Positions 48,296 through 59,885 of a stretch of DNA of 64,000 nucleotides are shown here, piece after piece. The notes beneath the pieces are model-generated. The model saw only the letters and a program-made list of their open reading frames with translations, was not told the DNA's origin and searched no databases. Position numbers and translations under genes: made by a program. Every line of letters starts with the position of its first letter. Position 1 is the stretch's first letter. The DNA is taken from assembly GCA_977020255.1 (NCBI GenBank), contig CDROCS010001209.1, forward strand, positions 1-64,000, written 5' to 3'. This DNA comes from Obrimoposthia wandeli. Lineage: Eukaryota.

Positions 48296-50920
48296 TTAAT
48301 TTTGGGACGTCAGTTTGGTGATTAACGCCTCTTTTAATGCTTGCTGATGCTCTTCCGTTAACGGACTACCGTGCTCATTAACCAAAATAAAGAAATCTTC
48401 TGCACGCTCACCAATGGTGGTGATTTTAGCGGCTTGTAGGCTGACTTTTTGTTTAGCAAACACGGCCCCAATTCGAGCAAGTAAACCAGGCATATCTAAC
48501 GCAATGAGTTCCATTGTCGTTTTTTTGCCGGTTTTGGTTGGCAAAAAGTCCACTTGGGTTTTAACGTTAAAATGCATTAATTTACGTGGGGCGCGTTTAT
48601 TTTTACGCTCTGATTTCATTTTTGTCAGTGCGTTGACGAGTGCGCGTCGAATCGTATTGTGGCGATTTTCTGGTATGGCTTTTCCGCTCGGATCTAGCAC
48701 CATAAATGTATCAAGCGTGTAACCGTCTTTACTGTTCATGATTTGGGCATCGTGAACACTGAGATTTTTCTTATCCAATTCTGATACGACAATTGCAAAT
48801 AACTTGGCTTTGTCTTTGTTATAAACAAAAACCTCCGTCCCCCCTCTTGTCGCTTTTTTACTCAGTAGTATGAGTGGTTTGTCATGATCATGCGTGAGTA
48901 GCGCTTCGGCATGCCAAGCTAATTGCTTGTGGGTATGACGCAAGAAATAATCCGCTTTAAAACGTTGCCACAGCACTTCTATTTCACGAGGTGCGAAGCC
49001 TTTTCCGCGCAAAATGGCAGAAGATAGCTGTTGGTTGTGGCGGATACGGTCGCGTACATCAGGGGTATTTTCTAATCCACGGCGTAATGCTTTTTGTGTC
49101 GAGTAATAGAGCTCTGCGAGCAGAGTGCGTTTCCAGCTGTTCCATAACTCTTGGTTTGTCGCGCAAATATCAGCCACGGTTAGGCAAATCAAATAATCGA
49201 GGCGTTCTTCATCACGCACTTCTTTGGCAAATTCCGCGACAACCTCTGGATCATAGATGTCTCGGCGCTGAGCGGTAACGGACATCAGCAGGTGCTTTTG
49301 AACCAACCAAGCGATGAGGTTAGCTTCTGGGCGTGATAAACCGTGCTGAATACAGAACTTATGCGCTTCGATTGCGCCAAGCTCTGAGTGATCCCCACCA
49401 CGGCCTTTGGCTATATCATGGAAAATACCCGCTATGGTGAGTAATTCTTTTTTGATGATCCTTGGGTAGACTTCACAGCAAATAGGGTGGCGTTCGCGAT
49501 TTTCGGGGTCATTAAATTTATAGAGATTCTTGATGAGGCGAACGCTGTGTTCATCGACCGTGTATACATGGAATAAATCAAATTGCATCTGACCTACAAT
49601 ATGACTCCATTGAGGTAAATATGCAGATAAGACACCATGACGGTGCATTAAGCGAAATGCTTTTTGTAGGGTATTTGGCTGACGAACCAATTCCATGAAT
49701 TTTTCACGGGCTTCTGGAATATCAACTAAAAACACGTTTAAGCGTCGTCGAGCCGTACGCAGTTGACGAAGCGTTGGAGCCGCTATACCTTCGATATCAC
49801 CGTTTTGTGCGATGTGCAAAAACATATCAAGAATCGTTTCAGGGCGCGCTTGGAATAATACTGGTTTTGTTGCTTCAATTAAATGACCGCGGATTTGAAA
49901 ATCATCACTAAGTTTTACCGCTTCAACTGTTTTGCCATTGTCGAGAATAGCTTGATCAAATAATTGAAGTAGCATTTTATTGAGTTCAAGTACGCGACGT
50001 AAGGTGCGATAAAACTCTTTCATCATCATTTCGACACCGCGATTCCCCTCCCCGGTGTAGCCTAAGTTTTCAGCGACAGATGATTGGTGTGAAAAGGTTA
50101 GGCGGTTATCGTAACGGCGTAGCTCAATGTGCAGGGCAAAACGAATGCGCCATAGTGAATTTTGGCATTCAACTAATTCACGGTATTCCGCATCGGTTAA
50201 AAAACCAAATCGACTCATTTCCAATAAACTGGTTGCTCCGAAATGACGGCGTGCAACCCAGCTTAAAGTATGAATGTCTCGTAATCCGCCAGGGCTTGAT
50301 TTGATATCAGGCTCTAAATTATAAGTGGTATCGTGATAACGGGCATGGCGTGTTTTTTGTTCTTTTAATTTAGCCCGATAAAAGTTTTCACTCGGCCAGA
50401 AATCACCCGCACTGATGCGCTCTTGTAGGCGCTGAAATACATCGTCATTTCCGCAGAGTATGCGTGCTTCGGTTAGATTTGTCGCAACCGTTAAATCATC
50501 GCTGCCAATTTCAATACAATCATCGATAGTACGTACACTATGACCGACCTCTAAACGCAGATCCCACAAAAAGGTTAAAAACTCACTGACGACTTTTCCT
50601 GCCTCATCACTCAGAGGTTGAGCGCTTAGGATTAAAATATCGACATCTGATAATGGATGTAACTCACCCCGACCATACCCACCTACAGCGACTAATGCGA
50701 TATCAGGATATTGATTTACCCCATAATGTTCCCACAGACGAATTAATAATTTATCAATGAAAGTCGAGCGAGACAGTACTAAATCGGTTACTGGACGATG
50801 CTGGATAAATTGTTGTTTTTGCTGTTCAGCAAATTGCTCAAGCGTGTTACGCAAATTTTCTTGGGTAATCGCTTCAACGGGAAGTGTTTGAGGGTTAGTT
50901 ATCGTAGAGGTGTCAATCAT
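48296..50920 (-). CDS. glnD: PII uridylyltransferase/uridylyl-removing enzyme
   Basis: AVGGYGRGELHPLSDVD, LEPDIKSSPGGLRD, HVYTVDEH, HD domain (FHDIAKGRGGDHS), ACT domains. Confidence 0.97.
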   Translation of the reverse strand: MIDTSTITNPQTLPVEAITQENLRNTLEQFAEQQKQQFIQHRPVTDLVLSRSTFIDKLLIRLWEHYGVNQYPDIALVAVGGYGRGELHPLSDVDILILSAQPLSDEAGKVVSEFLTFLWDLRLEVGHSVRTIDDCIEIGSDDLTVATNLTEARILCGNDDVFQRLQERISAGDFWPSENFYRAKLKEQKTRHARYHDTTYNLEPDIKSSPGGLRDIHTLSWVARRHFGATSLLEMSRFGFLTDAEYRELVECQNSLWRIRFALHIELRRYDNRLTFSHQSSVAENLGYTGEGNRGVEMMMKEFYRTLRRVLELNKMLLQLFDQAILDNGKTVEAVKLSDDFQIRGHLIEATKPVLFQARPETILDMFLHIAQNGDIEGIAAPTLRQLRTARRRLNVFLVDIPEAREKFMELVRQPNTLQKAFRLMHRHGVLSAYLPQWSHIVGQMQFDLFHVYTVDEHSVRLIKNLYKFNDPENRERHPICCEVYPRIIKKELLTIAGIFHDIAKGRGGDHSELGAIEAHKFCIQHGLSRPEANLIAWLVQKHLLMSVTAQRRDIYDPEVVAEFAKEVRDEERLDYLICLTVADICATNQELWNSWKRTLLAELYYSTQKALRRGLENTPDVRDRIRHNQQLSSAILRGKGFAPREIEVLWQRFKADYFLRHTHKQLAWHAEALLTHDHDKPLILLSKKATRGGTEVFVYNKDKAKLFAIVVSELDKKNLSVHDAQIMNSKDGYTLDTFMVLDPSGKAIPENRHNTIRRALVNALTKMKSERKNKRAPRKLMHFNVKTQVDFLPTKTGKKTTMELIALDMPGLLARIGAVFAKQKVSLQAAKITTIGERAEDFFILVNEHGSPLTEEHQQALKEALITKLTSQN

Positions 50921-51063
50921 CGCGGTCCATGCCCTGTGATGTAGTGCTTAGTCTTACTATAACTGGATCGTAATAAATGGGTAGTAGTTATCGAGAGATT
51001 GTTCATTGATGGAGGGCAGGGGAAAAGCGAAGGAAAAGCCGGCACATGGCCGACTTTTTACTA

Positions 51064-51891
51064 CTATGCTTTAATGATACGAGGAAGCGTTTCATCTTTT
51101 CGTAAGGTGAGCACTTCACACCCTGTTTCAGTTACAAGTAGTGTATGTTCCCACTGTGCTGATTTTTTACCATCAACGGTGTATACCGTCCAGCCATCAT
51201 TATCGTCAGATACGCAGCCAAATTTACCTGCGTTGATCATTGGTTCGATAGTGAAACACATGCCCGCTTTTAATATTGTGCGGTCGTTGTTCTTGTAATG
51301 AACAACCTGAGGATCTTCATGAAACTCGTTACCGATACCGTGTCCACAGTAATCTTTAACAATAGAGAAGCGACTGTTACCTGTTTTGATGAATTTCTGA
51401 ATCGCAGTACCAATTTCACCTAGCTTAGTGCCAGGTTTTACCTTTTTGATAGCAAGGTAAAGGCTTTCTTGTGCAACACGGCATAGACGCTTGTCTTCCG
51501 GTGATACGTCACCGATCTCAAACATCTTAGAGGTGTCACCGTGGTAACCATCTTTAATCACCGTGATGTCGATATTAAGGATGTCGCCATCTTTTAGTAC
51601 TGCTGGTTTGTTGTAAGAGCCATTAACGTCTTCATCTTTTTCAGCTGGAATGCCGTGGCAAACAACGTGATTGATAGATGTACAAACCGATTTAGGGAAA
51701 CCGTGATAGTTGAGCGGCGCAGGAATTGCGTTCTGCTCTTTTGTGATGAACTCGTGACAGATTCGATCGATCTCTTCTGTCGTTACACCTGCCTTTACAT
51801 GGGGTTCAATCATCTCTAGCACATCAGCAGCCAAACGGCCGGCCACGCGCATTTTTTCTATTTCATCAGCCGTTTTGATCTTAATGCTCAT
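51064..51891 (-). CDS. map: Methionine aminopeptidase type I
   Basis: SINHVVCHGIP, GDILNIDIT, GYHGDTS, YCGHGIG, FTIEPMIN, SAQWEHT. Confidence 0.97.
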   Translation of the reverse strand: MSIKIKTADEIEKMRVAGRLAADVLEMIEPHVKAGVTTEEIDRICHEFITKEQNAIPAPLNYHGFPKSVCTSINHVVCHGIPAEKDEDVNGSYNKPAVLKDGDILNIDITVIKDGYHGDTSKMFEIGDVSPEDKRLCRVAQESLYLAIKKVKPGTKLGEIGTAIQKFIKTGNSRFSIVKDYCGHGIGNEFHEDPQVVHYKNNDRTILKAGMCFTIEPMINAGKFGCVSDDNDGWTVYTVDGKKSAQWEHTLLVTETGCEVLTLRKDETLPRIIKA

Positions 51892-52010
51892 ACAATATTC
51901 TCTATATTTTACTGTTTGCTATTAATCATATGTTAACAGTGAGGAGGTACGATGGAAACTAAGTTTAGACACATCAACTAAACTTAGTCTGGATTATTGC
52001 TATGAAAATA

Positions 52011-52026
52011 TGGTATAAAGCGCGCC
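52011..52026 (+). promoter_or_regulatory. rpsB extended -10 promoter with GC-rich discriminator
   Basis: TGGTATAAAGCGCGCC matches the conserved gammaproteobacterial rpsB promoter. Confidence 0.8.
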
Positions 52027-52087
52027 GTAATTAGCTAATTTTAGTTTCGACTCTAGTTAGTTAAATTACACATACTTTTATTAATCA

Positions 52088-52203
52088 CTCACACATATCG
52101 ACACATGCTCCGGGGTGCCCACCATTTTTAACAAGGCCATTATGGACTTAGGTAAAATGGGTAGAGGGTCGGTAGGATGGGATATGTGGACGCCTAACCC
52201 CAT
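52088..52203 (+). ncRNA. rpsB (S2) autoregulatory leader (t44-type)
   Basis: CACACATATCG...CCGGGGTGCCC...GGGTCGGT...GGGATATGTGG...TAACCCC. Confidence 0.8.
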
Positions 52204-52217
52204 AGAGGAATTATTCA

Positions 52218-52946
52218 ATGGCAACTGTATCAATGCGCGACATGCTTAAGGCTGGTGTACACTTTGGTCACCAAACTCGTTACTGGAACCCAAAAATGAA
52301 GCCATTCATTTTCGGTGCTCGTAACAAGGTACACATCATCAACCTTGAGAAAACTGTACCAATGTTCAACGACGCACTAGCTGAAATCAACAAGATTGCA
52401 GCTCGTAAAGGTAAAGTGCTTTTCGTTGGTACTAAGCGTGCAGCCAGCGAATCTATCAAAGAATCAGCAATCAACTGTGATCAGTACTACGTAAACAACC
52501 GTTGGTTGGGTGGTATGCTGACTAACTGGAAAACTGTTCGTCAGTCAATCAAACGTCTGAAAGAGCTAGAAGTTCAGTCTGCTGACGGTACGTTCGAAAA
52601 GCTAACAAAGAAAGAAGCGCTAATGCGTACTCGTGAAATGGATAAACTTGAAAAGTCTCTAGGCGGCATCAAGAACATGGGCGGTCTTCCTGACGCAATG
52701 TTCGTAATCGATGCTGATCACGAACACATCGCTATTAAAGAAGCTAACAACCTGGGTATCCCAGTATTCTCTGTTGTAGATACTAACTCAAACCCAGACG
52801 GTGTTGATTTCGTTATCCCTGGTAACGATGATGCAATCCGTTCAATTCAGCTTTACACTGGTGCTGTAGCACAAACTGTAACTGAAGCTCGTAACCAAGA
52901 CATCGTTGTTCTAGCTGAACAAGATGGTTTCGTAGCAGAAGCTTAA
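52218..52946 (+). CDS. rpsB: 30S ribosomal protein S2
   Basis: [27 protein letters not shown]. Confidence 0.99.
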   Translation: MATVSMRDMLKAGVHFGHQTRYWNPKMKPFIFGARNKVHIINLEKTVPMFNDALAEINKIAARKGKVLFVGTKRAASESIKESAINCDQYYVNNRWLGGMLTNWKTVRQSIKRLKELEVQSADGTFEKLTKKEALMRTREMDKLEKSLGGIKNMGGLPDAMFVIDADHEHIAIKEANNLGIPVFSVVDTNSNPDGVDFVIPGNDDAIRSIQLYTGAVAQTVTEARNQDIVVLAEQDGFVAEA

Positions 52947-53057
52947 TAGCCGCTCTTTTGAGTTTCTTAGGTTACCTAGTGTAAACTAAGAATGGTTAAC
53001 AGGGGCCTATTTCGGCCCCTGATTTTTATATCAAGAATTCAAACCGAGGATATGACA

Positions 53058-53903
53058 ATGGCAACAGTTACAGCTGCCCTAGTTAAAGAACTGCGTGAGC
53101 GTACAGCTGCAGGCATGATGGATTGTAAAAAAGCGCTTGTTGAAGCAGATGGCGACATCGAGCTAGCAATTGATAATATGCGTAAGAGCGGTGCTGCTAA
53201 GGCTGCTAAAAAATCGGGCAATATCGCAGCTGAAGGCACAATTATCATCAAAGAAGTTGATGGCGTTGCTGCAATTTTAGAAGTTAACTGTCAAACAGAT
53301 TTCGTTGCTAAAGATGCTAGCTTCCTTGCGTTTGCTAATGAAGTAGCTGATGCAGCTCTTGCAGGTCGTGTTGAAGTTGCTGAACTTCAAGCTGCTTTCG
53401 AAGAGAAGCGTATTGCTCTAGTAACTAAAATCGGTGAAAACATCAGCATTCGTCGTGTTGAGTTCATCGAAGGCGCACAAATTGGTTCTTACCGTCACGG
53501 CGACCGTATTGGTGTTGTTGTTGCATCTGATGCAGACCAAGAAACAATTAAGCAAGTAGCTATGCACGTTGCAGCATCTAAGCCTGAGTTCGTAACTCCT
53601 GAAGATGTACCTGCAGAAGTTGTTGCTAAAGAAAAGCAAATCCAGATCGATATCGCTATCCAATCTGGTAAGCCAGCTGAAATCGCAGAGAAAATGGTTG
53701 TTGGCCGCATGAAGAAATTCACCGGCGAAGTTTCTCTAACTGGTCAAGCATTCATCATGGACCCAGCACAAACTGTTGGTCAAATGTTGAAAGCTAAAGG
53801 TGCTACAGTAACAAACTTCATCCGTTTTGAAGTTGGTGAAGGCATCGAGAAAGCGCAAGAAATGAGCTTCGCAGAAGAAGTTGCAGCTGTTCAGAAGGCT
53901 TAA
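53058..53903 (+). CDS. tsf: Elongation factor Ts
   Basis: [29 protein letters not shown]; start set at the ATG 7 nt after GAGGA. Confidence 0.98.
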   Translation: MATVTAALVKELRERTAAGMMDCKKALVEADGDIELAIDNMRKSGAAKAAKKSGNIAAEGTIIIKEVDGVAAILEVNCQTDFVAKDASFLAFANEVADAALAGRVEVAELQAAFEEKRIALVTKIGENISIRRVEFIEGAQIGSYRHGDRIGVVVASDADQETIKQVAMHVAASKPEFVTPEDVPAEVVAKEKQIQIDIAIQSGKPAEIAEKMVVGRMKKFTGEVSLTGQAFIMDPAQTVGQMLKAKGATVTNFIRFEVGEGIEKAQEMSFAEEVAAVQKA

Positions 53904-53926
53904 TCCTTCACAGTAAAAAGAACTCT

Positions 53927-53956
53927 AAAGACCGTAGCCAAGGCTGCGGTCTTTTT
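53927..53956 (+). terminator. Terminator after tsf
   Basis: AAAGACCGTAGC-CAAG-GCTGCGGTCTTTTT. Confidence 0.85.
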
Positions 53957-54002
53957 ACAACTCCATATCTCTTTAGTTTAGTTAGCCTGGAAGGTAATAC
54001 TT

Positions 54003-54725
54003 ATGACCACAAACCCTAAACCAATTTATCAACGAATTTTACTTAAACTGAGTGGTGAAGCACTACAGGGATCAGAAGGTTTCGGTATTGATGCAAAAGT
54101 TCTTGACCGTATGGCACAAGAAGTTAAAGAACTCGTTGAACTGGGTGTACAGGTTGGCCTTGTTATCGGTGGCGGTAATTTGTTCCGTGGCGCAGGTTTG
54201 GCTGAAGCGGGTATGAACCGAGTTGTGGGCGACCACATGGGTATGCTAGCAACTGTGATGAATGGTCTGGCGATGCGAGATTCCTTACACCGTGCCTATG
54301 TGAACGCTCGAGTGATGTCTGCAATTCCACTAAATGGTGTGTGTGACAGCTACAACTGGGCTGAAGCTATTAGCCAACTTCGTCAAGGTCGTGTAGTGAT
54401 CTTCGCAGCAGGTACTGGTAATCCGTTCTTTACTACTGATTCAGCGGCATGCCTTCGTGGTATCGAGATTGAAGCCGACATAGTACTGAAAGCAACGAAA
54501 GTTGACGGAGTTTACACTGATGATCCAGTTAAAAACCCAGATGCAATTCTTTGTGATAAACTTGGTTACCAAGACGTTCTTGAAAAAGAGCTAAAAGTGA
54601 TGGACTTAGCTGCATTTACACTTGCTCGTGACCATAAAATGCCGATTCGTGTTTTTAACATGACTAAACCAGGCTCTCTTCGTCGCGTAGTAATGGGTGA
54701 GCAAGAAGGCACTTTGATCTCTTAA
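54003..54725 (+). CDS. pyrH: UMP kinase
   Basis: [32 protein letters not shown]. Confidence 0.98.
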   Translation: MTTNPKPIYQRILLKLSGEALQGSEGFGIDAKVLDRMAQEVKELVELGVQVGLVIGGGNLFRGAGLAEAGMNRVVGDHMGMLATVMNGLAMRDSLHRAYVNARVMSAIPLNGVCDSYNWAEAISQLRQGRVVIFAAGTGNPFFTTDSAACLRGIEIEADIVLKATKVDGVYTDDPVKNPDAILCDKLGYQDVLEKELKVMDLAAFTLARDHKMPIRVFNMTKPGSLRRVVMGEQEGTLIS

Positions 54726-54864
54726 TTGTTAATGTGAAAATATGAATCTTCACGTTGGTGAAGTTTTAAATGTGTTAGCTATTAACGACTAATTCAGGAT
54801 GGAGGCTTTTGGGCCTCCGCCGTGACTAAATAACCTGACCATTACTAAGCAGGGATACTAAATC

Positions 54865-55422
54865 GTGATTAATGAAATTCAAAACGATGCGCAAGAGCGT
54901 ATGGGAAAAAGCGTTGACGCGCTTAAAAGCCAACTTGTTAAGATTCGTACTGGTCGTGCGCATCCAAGTCTACTTGATACCATTTACGTCGAATACTACG
55001 GTGCAAATACACCACTAAAGCAGCTTGCAAATGTTGTTGCTGAAGATTCACGTACGTTGGCAATTACTGTTTTTGACCGTGAGTTAACGCCAAAAATCGA
55101 AAAAGCGATCATGATGTCAGATTTGGGCCTAAACCCAATGTCTGCAGGTACAGTAATTCGTGTACCATTGCCTCCGTTAACGGAAGAGCGCCGTCGTGAC
55201 TTAGTTAAAATTGTACGTAAAGAAGCAGAACAAGGGCGTGTTGCTATTCGTAACATCCGTCGTGATGCGAATGCTGACTTAAAAGCTTTGCTAAAAGATA
55301 AAGACATTTCTGAAGATGATGATCGTCGTGCACAAGATGAAATTCAGAAATTGACTGATGTAGCAGTTAAGAATATTGATACTGTTCTTGAAGTTAAAGA
55401 AAAAGAGTTAATGGAAGTTTAA
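54865..55422 (+). CDS. frr: Ribosome recycling factor
   Basis: [35 protein letters not shown]. Confidence 0.98.
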   Translation: MINEIQNDAQERMGKSVDALKSQLVKIRTGRAHPSLLDTIYVEYYGANTPLKQLANVVAEDSRTLAITVFDRELTPKIEKAIMMSDLGLNPMSAGTVIRVPLPPLTEERRRDLVKIVRKEAEQGRVAIRNIRRDANADLKALLKDKDISEDDDRRAQDEIQKLTDVAVKNIDTVLEVKEKELMEV

Positions 55423-55463
55423 GACATTTGTCTTTCCAATAATAATTAGCTTTATGATATTTG

Positions 55464-55497
55464 AAGCGCTGTGCGTACAGCACAGCGCTTTTTTTTT
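55464..55497 (+). terminator. Terminator after frr
   Basis: AAGCGCTGTGC-GTACA-GCACAGCGCTT followed by a T run. Confidence 0.85.
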
Positions 55498-55508
55498 GAG
55501 GGAGAAAC

Positions 55509-56273
55509 ATGGCAGTGCGTACCATCGAAACTGAACTTTCTGCTGAATGTTTACCGAAGCATGTTGCCATTATTATGGATGGGAATGGTCGGTGGGCAAA
55601 GGCAAAAGGAAAGGCTCGAGTGTTTGGCCATAAGGCTGGCGTTGAAGCCGTGCGTAAAAGTGTCTCGACAGCTAACCGTCTAGGCATTAAGGTTTTGACA
55701 TTATTTGCTTTTAGTAGCGAAAATTGGCGTCGCCCTGAAGATGAGGTTTCAGTACTAATGGAACTGTTCATGACAGTACTGAGTCTTGAAGTAAAACGTC
55801 TTCATAAAAATAATATTCAGTTACGTATTATTGGTGACAAAAGTGGCTTTAGTGATCGACTTCAACGAAAAATTGCAACCGCAGAAGCATTAACAGTTAA
55901 CAATACAGGCTTAGTCTTGAACGTTGCAGCTAATTACGGTGGACAATGGGATATCTTGCAAGCAACGAAAAAATTGGCCGTTCAAATTGCTGAACAGGGC
56001 TTAACTGCTGAAGATATTACTGAAAACATGTTATCCGCTGGCATGTCGACGGCTGATTTGCCTGATGTGGATTTAATGATCCGCACAAGTGGTGAATGTC
56101 GTATTAGTAATTTTATGCTGTGGCAGGCAGCTTATGCAGAATTGTACTTCACAAAACAACACTGGCCTGATTTTGATGAAGATAGTTTTGCTAACGCTAT
56201 AGCATGGTATATTAACCGCGAACGCCGTTTTGGTTGTACGGGTGAACAGATTCAAACTTTAAAACAAGAATAA
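55509..56273 (+). CDS. uppS: Undecaprenyl diphosphate synthase
   Basis: [40 protein letters not shown]. Confidence 0.97.
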   Translation: MAVRTIETELSAECLPKHVAIIMDGNGRWAKAKGKARVFGHKAGVEAVRKSVSTANRLGIKVLTLFAFSSENWRRPEDEVSVLMELFMTVLSLEVKRLHKNNIQLRIIGDKSGFSDRLQRKIATAEALTVNNTGLVLNVAANYGGQWDILQATKKLAVQIAEQGLTAEDITENMLSAGMSTADLPDVDLMIRTSGECRISNFMLWQAAYAELYFTKQHWPDFDEDSFANAIAWYINRERRFGCTGEQIQTLKQE

Positions 56274-56385
56274 AGATTATTCAAATGATGCGTTTTTAAT
56301 GAAACGCATTGATTCATATTGAAAAAAATGAATCGTGATGATTTATCTGAATAATGAAAATACATAACAAACGAGAGGACGCCGC

Positions 56386-57234
56386 TTGTTAAAGCAACGA
56401 ATTATTACCGCACTAATCCTCGCGCCTTTAGTGATTGCTGGGATATTTTTACTACCATTTTCTTTTTTCGTTATTGCCCTTGCAGCGATTACGTTGATTG
56501 GTTTTTGGGAATGGACACAGTTTGTTGATACTAAATCGCGCCTAGTTGCGATGGTCATACCTGCGATGACCTTAGGTTTAAGTTTAGTCATCATCCCTTC
56601 CGATGTAACTGCATTGTCAACACTGACCGATTCACACCATGGCATATTGTTTGTCGGGGGGATTTGGTGGTTAATCGCATCTACCTTAGCAATAACGTAC
56701 CCATCTAGCGCAAAATTTTGGTCTGCATCTCCTTTGCTAAAATACTTCTTTGGGTTACTTACACTCATCCCATTCTTTTGGAGTATCTTGATGCTCCGTG
56801 CTGTCAACTATATTGAAAACCCATACCACGGTGCAAAACTTGTGTTATTGGTTTGTTTTCTTGTGTGGGCGGCAGACACTGGCGCGTACTTCTCAGGGAA
56901 ACGTTTTGGTAAAACTAAAATGGCCCCAGCAGTTAGTCCAAATAAAACCATCGAAGGTTTGGTAGGGGGGGCATTGTTGGCAATCCTTATTACATGGGGT
57001 GGTGCGACATTGATGGATATTCCATTTACTAGCTTAAGTAATCTTTTTATCATTGCTATTATTACAGTGATTGCATCTGTTTTAGGTGACTTGGTTGAAA
57101 GTATGTTCAAGCGTGTTTCTGGCATCAAAGATAGTGGTAATATTTTACCTGGTCACGGTGGCATCCTTGATCGTATTGACAGTTTAACGGCTGCCCTTCC
57201 TGTTTTTGCTTTATTGTATCTTTGGGTACTATAA
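56386..57234 (+). CDS. cdsA: Phosphatidate cytidylyltransferase
   Basis: WAADTGAYF, SPNKTIEG, GDLVESMFKR, KDSGNILPGHGGILDRIDS; TTG start. Confidence 0.96.
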   Translation: MLKQRIITALILAPLVIAGIFLLPFSFFVIALAAITLIGFWEWTQFVDTKSRLVAMVIPAMTLGLSLVIIPSDVTALSTLTDSHHGILFVGGIWWLIASTLAITYPSSAKFWSASPLLKYFFGLLTLIPFFWSILMLRAVNYIENPYHGAKLVLLVCFLVWAADTGAYFSGKRFGKTKMAPAVSPNKTIEGLVGGALLAILITWGGATLMDIPFTSLSNLFIIAIITVIASVLGDLVESMFKRVSGIKDSGNILPGHGGILDRIDSLTAALPVFALLYLWVL

Positions 57235-57296
57235 GCAACATCATATAGCGGGCAGCGATTCTTAAGCTGCCCTTCATAGCTGAATTAAGTGATTTT

Positions 57297-58490
57297 ATGC
57301 GTAAGTTAACGATTCTTGGTGCTACTGGCTCTATTGGAAGTAGTACATTGGCTGTTGCAGCACAGAACCCGCAATTGTTTGAGGTTGTTGCTTTAGCTGC
57401 CGGTACAAATAGTCAGAAAATGCTCGAGTTATGCCGTGTCTGGAAACCAAAGTACGCGGCCATGGCATCTTTACAGGCAGCGAAGGAATTGTCAGCATTA
57501 CTGAAAAAGCATGAAATTAATACCCAAGTTCTAGCGGGTGATGCTGGGCTCTGCCAAGTTGCTTCTCTTGATGAAATTGACACCGTCATGGCTGCAATAG
57601 TAGGGGCTGCCGGTTTATTACCGACAATGGCTGGTGTGAAAGCGGGGAAACGCATTTTATTAGCGAACAAAGAAGCATTGGTAATGTCTGGTCAGATGTT
57701 TATTGATGCGTGTGAGCAATACGGTGCAGAGCTATTACCTGTTGATAGTGAACATAATGCCATCTTCCAATGCCTACCTGCTGATATTCAACGTGCAATG
57801 GGGCGTTGTGATCTAGAAGAGTATGGCATTAGTAAAATTTTGCTAACGGGCTCTGGTGGACCATTTAGGTATACTGATATATCTGAATTGGCATCGGTTA
57901 CGCCGAAGATGGCAATAGCACACCCTAATTGGTCTATGGGGCCTAAAATTTCTGTCGACTCCGCAACCATGATGAACAAAGGGCTTGAATACATAGAGGC
58001 TCGCTGGTTATTTAATGCGTCTAAAGAGCAGCTACAAGTGATTATTCACCCACAGTCTGTTATTCACTCTATGGTGCAATATAAAGACGGCTCAGTATTA
58101 GCACAGATGGGATTACCCGATATGCAGACGCCAATTGCGTGTGCAATGTCCTACCCTAATCGAGTAGATGCGGGTGTTGCGCCATTAGACTTCAGTAATA
58201 TTGGCGAATTTACGTTCTTGCAACCAGACTATTCACGCTACCCTTGTCTGAAACTCGCCATTGATGCGTGTTATGACGGTCAGGCGGCTACAACGGCATT
58301 GAATGCAGCAAATGAAATAGCCGTTGCTGCGTTTTTAAATAATGACATTGGTTTTACCGATATTGCGGTAATAAATGAACAGATACTTAACTCTGCCAAT
58401 ATGACAACACCAATAGACTTAGAAAGTGTGATTGAGTTAGATATGCAGGCGCGTGTTTTGGCGAACAATATAATTCGTAAGGTAGCATGA
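57297..58490 (+). CDS. dxr: 1-deoxy-D-xylulose-5-phosphate reductoisomerase
   Basis: [45 protein letters not shown]. Confidence 0.97.
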   Translation: MRKLTILGATGSIGSSTLAVAAQNPQLFEVVALAAGTNSQKMLELCRVWKPKYAAMASLQAAKELSALLKKHEINTQVLAGDAGLCQVASLDEIDTVMAAIVGAAGLLPTMAGVKAGKRILLANKEALVMSGQMFIDACEQYGAELLPVDSEHNAIFQCLPADIQRAMGRCDLEEYGISKILLTGSGGPFRYTDISELASVTPKMAIAHPNWSMGPKISVDSATMMNKGLEYIEARWLFNASKEQLQVIIHPQSVIHSMVQYKDGSVLAQMGLPDMQTPIACAMSYPNRVDAGVAPLDFSNIGEFTFLQPDYSRYPCLKLAIDACYDGQAATTALNAANEIAVAAFLNNDIGFTDIAVINEQILNSANMTTPIDLESVIELDMQARVLANNIIRKVA

Positions 58491-59848
58491 ATATGATAGA
58501 TATTTTGTGGAACTTAGGATCATTTTTACTGGCTTTAGGCATTCTAATTGCGGCGCATGAGTTTGGTCATTTTTGGGTAGCTCGACGTTGTGGTGTCTAT
58601 GTTGAACGTTTTTCCATCGGTTTTGGTAAATCGTTATGGCGTAAAGTGGGTAAAGATGGCACAGAATATACACTGGCTATGATTCCACTGGGTGGTTACG
58701 TTAAAATGCTCGACGAGCGTGTTGATGATGTACCTGCTGATAAAAAACATATGGCTTTCAATAATAAACCACTATGGCAACGTAGTGCGATTGTTGCAGC
58801 CGGACCGATGGCTAACTTTCTTTTTGCCATCTTTGCCTATTGGGTGGTTTATCTGATTGGTATTCCTGCCGTTCGACCTATTATTGGTGACGTCGCCCCG
58901 CAATCTATAGCAGCGGAAGCAGGAATTAGCTCTGGAATGGAACTTAAATCTATTTCAGGAATCAAAACCGCTGATTGGGAATCCGCTAATATGGCGATGA
59001 TTTCTCATATTGGTGATCAAGAAATGGTTATTACCGTCACTGAACCTAATAATGATTATGAGGTTCAGCGTACGTTAAACCTAAGTACTTGGTCATTTGA
59101 TCCTGAAAGCGAGCGTGTTTTAACATCACTAGGTATTGCACCCTATTCACCTGAAATAACCCTTTCCATCTCACAACTTGTTGAAGATGGGGCAGCAATT
59201 GATGCAGGATTCAGGTTAAATGATAAAATTGTTGCGATCGATAATACGCCGATCACGCAATGGCAAGAGGTTGTCGATGCTGTTCGCTCACACCCTGAAC
59301 AAGCACTGTTGTTTGATTTAGAGCGTGAAGGGCAACGTGTTTCGGTGACATTGACACCAAAATCGAAAAAATTGGCGAATGATGAGTTAATTGGATATGC
59401 GGGTTTTGCACCAGAAGTGGAAGCGTGGCCTGAGTCATACCGTATTAATCTTCAGTTTGGTCCTATCGAAGCTGTAGGTAAAGCAACAGAAAAAACCTGG
59501 CAGTTGGTGACGTTAACTTTTGACATGGTTACGAAGTTGGTGACTGGTGATGTGGCGCTTAAAAATCTAAGTGGTCCAATATCCATTGCGAAAGGAGCTG
59601 GAATGACCGCCGATTATGGTTTGGTCTATTTCTTAGGATTTTTAGCTCTGATTAGTGTGAACTTAGGGATCGTTAACTTGTTGCCACTTCCGGTACTTGA
59701 TGGTGGACATTTAATGTTTTTTGCCGTTGAAGCTGTAACTCGTCGTCCTGTTCCTGAGCGTATTCAGGATTTTGGCTATAGAGTGGGATCTGCCATTTTG
59801 GTTGCATTAATGGCCGTAGCGCTATTCAATGATTTTACCCGCCTTTAA
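58487..59848 (+). CDS. rseP: Sigma-E regulator intramembrane metalloprotease
   Basis: HEFGH zinc motif, two PDZ domains, [12 protein letters not shown]. Confidence 0.97.
   Translation: MNMIDILWNLGSFLLALGILIAAHEFGHFWVARRCGVYVERFSIGFGKSLWRKVGKDGTEYTLAMIPLGGYVKMLDERVDDVPADKKHMAFNNKPLWQRSAIVAAGPMANFLFAIFAYWVVYLIGIPAVRPIIGDVAPQSIAAEAGISSGMELKSISGIKTADWESANMAMISHIGDQEMVITVTEPNNDYEVQRTLNLSTWSFDPESERVLTSLGIAPYSPEITLSISQLVEDGAAIDAGFRLNDKIVAIDNTPITQWQEVVDAVRSHPEQALLFDLEREGQRVSVTLTPKSKKLANDELIGYAGFAPEVEAWPESYRINLQFGPIEAVGKATEKTWQLVTLTFDMVTKLVTGDVALKNLSGPISIAKGAGMTADYGLVYFLGFLALISVNLGIVNLLPLPVLDGGHLMFFAVEAVTRRPVPERIQDFGYRVGSAILVALMAVALFNDFTRL
58939..58966 (+). promoter_or_regulatory. Sigma-E promoter internal to rseP (probably driving bamA-skp-lpxD)
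   Basis: GGAACTT-N16-TCAAA, an exact match to the RpoE consensus. Confidence 0.7.
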
Positions 59849-59885
59849 TAAATGCGTTTTTTAGCAAGGAATAATTAGAACAGTA

